A stretch of 64,000 bases of DNA, from NCBI RefSeq assembly GCF_009914755.1, contig NC_060926.1; one strand, written 5' to 3'. Position 1 is the stretch's first letter; every line of letters begins with the position of its first letter. The notes below the pieces were generated by a model, which did no database searches, was not told the DNA's origin, and saw nothing but the letters and a program-made list of their open reading frames with translations. A program made the position numbers and the translations under genes. The DNA comes from the human T2T-CHM13v2.0 reference genome, Homo sapiens. Shown here one piece after another: positions 57,327 to 64,000 of this stretch.

Positions 57327-58888
57327 TCAATGGCCTGCTCATAACAGGAGACACAGGGGAGGTAGTCCAGGGTGGGCGAGTCAGCCGTTCAGCAGCATCG
57401 TGAAGAAGCCAGTTCCTTCCACCTTCTACTCATTGTTGTGCGGCTTCTTCCCCTTTGCGATCTGGTGCTGCATTCCATCTCTAGTCTTCGGGCATCACTA
57501 CTTTTCCCTGTGGTGCTCAACAGGCCATACAGGGCAGCTCTGATGTTGGCCAAGTGGAACTGATGTGGTCAGGAGACACAAATCCATTGAGAGGAGGCAG
57601 CTTCTCCTTGGAAGCAGAATCTCCCTTTTTATATCCATGAGAAACAGCCAGGAGAGCAGGAAGCCAAGGGCTTTCTCCTTTTCTGTTGCATGCCAGCGCC
57701 CTCTTTGGCTATGAGCAGCAGGTCTCTCTCCCTTCACCACTGCATTTGGATGAGACTCAGAGGCTGCTTTTGCTGTCATCTGTTTGGCTTACTTGGTAAG
57801 TTTCTGTGATTTGAGGCTTGTCACCACTTGTAGAGTTTTTGCTTGATCGTGTGTTGTTTGTCCAGCTTTGGTTAAGGCCGCTTAAAACCCTGACCTTTGG
57901 AGACTTTGTGTGCAGGATTCCTATTTCATCATTGTCGTGTTTTGTCGCAAAGTCAGGTTTGCATCTTGGAGAGCTTTCTGGTCCCCCTTCCTGAGTTTTG
58001 TGCCCAGTTTTGTGGATGAGTCCATCATAAATCTTGTGGATGAAATCTTCCAGGTGCTTCTGGACTTTTCTGTTCTTTTGCTTCGCCTGTGTAGTGAGAG
58101 GGAGAAGTCCAACATTAAATGAGCCCTATTTTTACCCAACGTCTCTTTCTCCCTGACCACTCTGTGTAAAATGCAATCATAACTCCTCCTTCCTGACCAG
58201 CACTTCTAGTCCTCTTTATCCTATTTTTTCTTTCTCCATAGCGCTTATCACCCTTTCCTATGCCATCTCTGCCTCCAGATCTGGAATATAAAGTCCTCAG
58301 TAGGAAATACCTTTATCTCTTTTGTTCAATGAGGTATTCTAATTGCTCAGAATGGTACCTGACACATATTAGGTGCCCAATAAATAGTTTGTGAATAAAT
58401 GAGTGAATAAATACTCAGGATTTTTAACAAAAGCCACCAAAGAAAACATGCTTAATTTATTCAGGAGGTGGAAATCTTGGGTGGGATGAATTCCTTATGA
58501 GACCTGCGAGAAGCGCAGGTGATAGTTTGTGTGTGTGTTCGTTGTGCATTTTTATTGATATAAAACAGAAGCACTGGAAAGTGTGGGAAGTGCGCATGTC
58601 ATGAGGATGCAGGCCCTTGGCTGGCTTGTTTATTTCAGGGGTGGTTAGGCATTGTCGCCCTGGGTGGAGGGGTCAGCGACGAGCCCTCTGAGGCCATCCT
58701 GTGACATCCCCTGGGCACCTCCTAGTGTTTGTCATTCCCGACGCCCCAGGGCCAGTGTCCTTGGCCTTGGAGATCTCAGGCTCTGCTGGTTTCCCCACCT
58801 CCCTGGCTGTCCCTTTTTAGTCCTTTCCCACCTCCTGACCAGACACTGAACATCCTTGGGGCTGGTCTCCTTCATTTCTTGCTATATT

Positions 58889-59182
<294 letters not shown>

Positions 59183-61375
59183 ACTATATTCTCTTTCTAT
59201 TCAATTTCATTCTTCCCTGTGCCTCTGCTTACCATGGGGCACCCACTTGCAGAGGATGCCTGATTCCATGCCCTGGCTCCCTCCTTGGTGGCCTCATGCA
59301 TCTCAAACTCAATATACCCAATGCTGTGCTCAGACCTTCCAGCTCAAATGCGCTCTGTCTCAGACATGCTGCAACCATCCTCCTGGGAGTTGACACCTCC
59401 CCACCGTATCCCCTCACATCCAGTCCCTCAGCATGTTCCCTTGATCCTAACTTCTAAAGTGTCCTTGAACCTACTCACTTCTACCTCCCATGTGCCCACC
59501 AGACCCAGCCCCAACCACTTTTCGCTGGGGTAACCTCAGTAGAATTTACACTGGTCTCCCTTCATTCTCTCACGCACACGACAAACCATTCTGTACCCTG
59601 AAGCTGGTATGGTTTTTGAAAAGCTCAAATTTGATTGTGTCTTTAATGAGTTCCCATTGCTCTGAGGTCAGTGTGGCATCTTTCATGGGGAAGGTCATGG
59701 CCAGCCCCCTTCCCCTTCTCTTCCTATGTTCCAGCCACCATGACCTGCTGTCCAGTGGTCATGAGCTGAGTCCCTCATACCCAAGGCTTTTCCAGATGCT
59801 TTTTCTCTGCTGGAACACTGTTCTTGCCTTGCGTTGCTAGCAAAGATCCCCATGTTCATTAAGCGCCTCTTAAATGTGACCTCTCCAGGGAAGCCTCCTC
59901 CACTCCCATTGCCCATTGCCCTGGCTCAGTCAGACCACTCTGTGTCTTCCTTGTTGGTGCTCTCTCCTCTTGTCATTAAATCGCTCCATGTTTAATGTCT
60001 GTATCCTCCACTTGACTGTATGCTCTACAAGGGCAGGGTCTAGGCTGGCTTGGATGTTATGCTGCTGAATCTACAGGGCGAAGCATAGGAGGTGCTCAAT
60101 AAACTGAATAGATTTTGAATAGATGTTCACTGAGGGTAATACTGAGGAGTGGGGTTGTTCTCAATCCTTACTGTAGACTCCAAATGCCAGTACTGTTGGG
60201 CGTTGCTTCCTCTGAAACACTCCTTGAAGCTCTGAGTCTCCTTTGGATGGTTTTACCCAACTCCACTCGTGCCTCCATCCCTTGCTGCCTCTCCAGACAT
60301 TTGCCTTCCTTGTCATTTTCAGGCCGTCAGCTACAGTGACTGGGAATGTGTGCCACTTGGCTCTCACACTCGCCTCTCACTGTCGTTTTTCTCTCACGGG
60401 AGTTTATCATCTATTCTTCTCATTTCCTTGCCTTTCTCTCTGCAGCACCGATAAATCATCAGTTTCACCTGAACTTCAGAAAGAAGCCATTCCTTAATTT
60501 TGGCAGAAGCACGATGGAGTAGAAAGTGACCAAGTAGACTGACTTCTGATCATGTCTCTATTGTGACATGCCTTCATGAGCTCCCATTGTTCTTGGGGTT
60601 AAGGCCTTTAATATATGTTACAAGGTTGGAATCACTCTGGGGAAATGGCCGAAACTCCCTGAGCTTTGTTTCCTCAAGAGGAATGTGAGGTGGATTGGAT
60701 TAAATTCCACCTACAACCATTTCCATCTCTTACATTTCCAGAATTTGTCCCAGAATCATAGAAGCAAACCTTGTTCAGAGAGGCCATATCCAGCTTTGCA
60801 AAATAAAAAAAAAAGTCACTGTGCTGGTGAGATGGGCCTCAATCCTGGTCACATTTCTCTCTTCTCTCCAGATATCTATGCTTCCTCCCTCTCCTGCCTC
60901 CCCAGAATATAAACAGCTCCCTGAGGGTTGAGGATGTTCCTTCGTCCCACTCCCAACCTGTCACCCCCAACTTCCAGATTTCTTTAAAAGTCAAAGAGAA
61001 AGGAAATTTTCAGGAAGGAGATCATGTCTAAGAGCTTTTTATTAGTCTCATCTTCCAATTTCCTGTAGACTCAAGCTTCTTTCTTTCTGTCGTGCGGGGT
61101 TTAATATCCAGTGGCTGTTTGACAACAGCACCAGGAAATGGAATTTCCATCCTGATTCTGCCTGGAACCTTGGGCAAAGTGCCCAAACCTTCTGCCTCAC
61201 TCTCCTCCTGGGAGTAACAGTCCCCACCCTACAGCCTTCTGGGGCAAGCAACAGAGACCTAATATGAAAATGGAACCAGAGAGTTCTGATGGATGTAAAG
61301 TCCTCAATAAATGCATGCAGGTATTATTTGTTAATTTTTGCCATAGGCAGGCTGCAGCCCCCAGGCAAACTCTGA

Positions 61376-61730
<355 letters not shown>

Positions 61731-63629
61731 GCCTCCTGCTTCTCTCTTGAAGCCTGGGTTCTGCTCTGGTGTCTCCCCAGCTCATTGCCGGTTGACGGCA
61801 CATTGGGCTCCCTGTCAGTCAGGTTGGCCACGTGAGGAGGAGTCAATGAGGCACTGCTTCCTGCCAAGCTGAGGCTGCCCTTCTTATAATAAGGAGGTGA
61901 GCCTGTCTCAGGGAAGGTTCTTTTCCTAAATTTCAGGTGGGATTCTAAACAGGACACCACTGATTTTTTTAAAAATGAACCTATCAAGACATGCATTTTC
62001 ATGGGTGTAATCCTGTTTGAAGTGGTCACATTTGGGGTTTTTATGTACTTGCTCCTATTACTGGTGAAACTTCTGTGAATGGGCTTCAGATCATGAACAG
62101 CCTCAGTGGTGGCAGAGTCTCATGATTTCAAGTTACCTTATAGTTGAGAAATAGCCCCGCAGGGTAGGTGATGGCGTACTCCCCACTTGCCATTCTATCT
62201 GGAACCCGGAAGGTGGTCAATCCATATTCACTGAAATGAACCAAGAAATGAGACTGTGGCTATAAGGTTGAGGATGTTCATTTGCTTGTGAAGCTTCTAA
62301 ACAAGATCTTCCAAACAGTTAAGAGAACACTTGGATATCTTTATGATGGTGTGTTTGCTTTGAAAAATAAACATGAAAGAGAACCATTATGTTATAGCTC
62401 CGCTTTCTAGTGAGTACCCCGTCAAGGCATCATATCCCTCTGTGTAGCAATGGAAAGGCATTTAACCCAATGATTGAACCTCTCTGTGCCTCAGTTTCCT
62501 CATCTCTAAAATAATAATAGAACCTAGCTCATATAACTGTTAAGGGGGATCAAAGGAGGTAAAATGTTGTGACAAAAGTTGCATAACACAGTGGAGTGTA
62601 TTTCATTCATTCCCAAGTCTGAACTTATGTGTAGAATAATGCCACAATCTATGGCCCTGTGTCCTGAAATGCCCTTCCTCCAGGCCCTTTTGGAGCAAGA
62701 GCTCCAAGGGGCTGTTCCCTCAGATAATAACCTAGGTGATTGGAAACCTTGACTAGGGAGCACAGACCTGGAGGTCGGTTCCAGTGTGGGACAGTTGGTC
62801 ATATTTCCCACTCACCCTCTGCCATGCAAAGTGGGTGAGGCAGTGGCTCTGGCCAGTTCATTGGCAGGTGGCAAAACCTTGTCTAGTCTTTGGCATTGGG
62901 CATGTGATACCATCGATGGCCAGTAGGTGGCACAAGTTGTCCATCACTGCCGCCAGCTTTGCTCCATTGGGTGCTTTCTCAGAAGGGGAAGATCTATTTC
63001 TAATCCAGTCCTGGCTTTATGGCAATGCTTAATCACATGGAAGGGAACATGCAATAACTACTGGTATTTCTGTAAACATGCATGCTAAGAATCAGCTGCC
63101 ATTTGGAAATGAGGATGGAGGGAACACTCAGTGAGAGGTCTCCTGAGGACAATCTAAAAAAGGAAAACCTTGAGGGTTTTAAAATTTTAGAGCCAGTTAA
63201 CCTTTGTGACTCATGGAGAGAAACGTTTAGAACCCAGAAGGACAATGAGAATACATCCTGTGGATTGTAACCTGGTCCAAGGTCCACCTTGCCCTCTCCA
63301 CCTTCCTTCAGCTGTGAAGTTTAGGAAGGAGAGACAAGATCCCCTTGCATGGAGTCAGCTTACCCACTTCATGACCCCCAGCAGGGCCGGGCTGCACCTT
63401 CTGGGCTGTTTGCTTAATTTTTTATTCTTTTGTCCTGGCAAGTTGCCTGCTTCTTGGGTTTGTCGTTTCCCTGGAGGAAAGTTTATTTGAATCTCATTCT
63501 ACCCTTAATAAAATTGGCACCAGATAAATACGAAGCGGATGAAGAGACACATTGCAGCAAAACAAAAAGTGGAACGTGGTCAACAACAGGGCGATGAGGA
63601 CTTTAATACATGTGTACACTTTCTAAATA

Positions 63630-63867
63630 AAAAATTTTCATTGTAGTAAAATACACATAACATAAAATTTACCATCTTAGCCATTTCTAAGTGTACAGTT
63701 CGGTAGTGTCAAGTACGTTCACACTGTTGGGCAGCTAATCTCCAGGACTCTTCATCTTGTAAAACAGAAACTCTCTACCCATTACACAACAGCTCCCTGT
63801 TCTTCTCTCCCCCAACCCCTAACAGCCACCATTCTACTTCCTGTCTCTATGAACTTGATTACTCTAG
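63630..63867 (-). mobile_element. L1MB-like 3' end
   Basis: gtaaaatacacataacataaaatttaccatcttagcc...ccaccattctacttcctgtctctatgaa. Confidence 0.8.
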
Positions 63868-64000
63868 TGTCAAAGAAAAGAATCAAACTCTGTAAGATAT
63901 TTGAAGAGATTTATTCTGAGCCAAATATGAGTGACTGTGGCCCCCGACACAGCCCTCAGGAGGTCCTGAGAACATGTGCCCAAGGTGGTCGGGGCGCAGC
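63868..64000 (-). mobile_element. MER41-like ERV1 LTR (runs off window)
   Basis: tgtcaaag...gagatttattctgagccaaatatgagtgac...ctcaggaggtcctgagaacatgtgcccaaggtggtc. Confidence 0.7.

Noticed and set aside
57692-57710. Third CTCF-like motif (gccaaagagggcgctg, minus strand)
   Set aside because: The 5' half of the core is misaligned; too weak to call.

Overview
This window is human (great-ape-type) genomic DNA, rich in Alu, L1 and LTR repeats, with no intact protein-coding gene. Positions ~3.8-30.5 kb (+) hold the last 14 exons of an ANAPC1 (APC/C subunit 1) duplicate. All splice sites are canonical, but there is an in-frame TGA at 4424-4426, so this is an unprocessed ANAPC1 pseudogene copy, consistent with the chr2 segmental duplication rather than ANAPC1 itself. 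Its introns contain the MIR4771 hairpin, a very young 5'-truncated L1HS-Ta insertion with a split poly(A) tail and no visible TSD, and a perfect 7x75-bp tandem array grown inside an old L1. Downstream lie a compact, rearranged HERV-E/Harlequin-like provirus remnant, an LTR nested in an Alu nested in L1, a 22-23-bp minisatellite, CTCF-type motifs, and a processed CENPN pseudogene (-) split by two Alus. The provirus junctions look like fossilised aberrant reverse-transcription strand transfers. Most ORF-track entries are repeat-derived noise. Gene identities come from recognising translated sequence from memory, not from a database search, and repeat boundaries are approximate.
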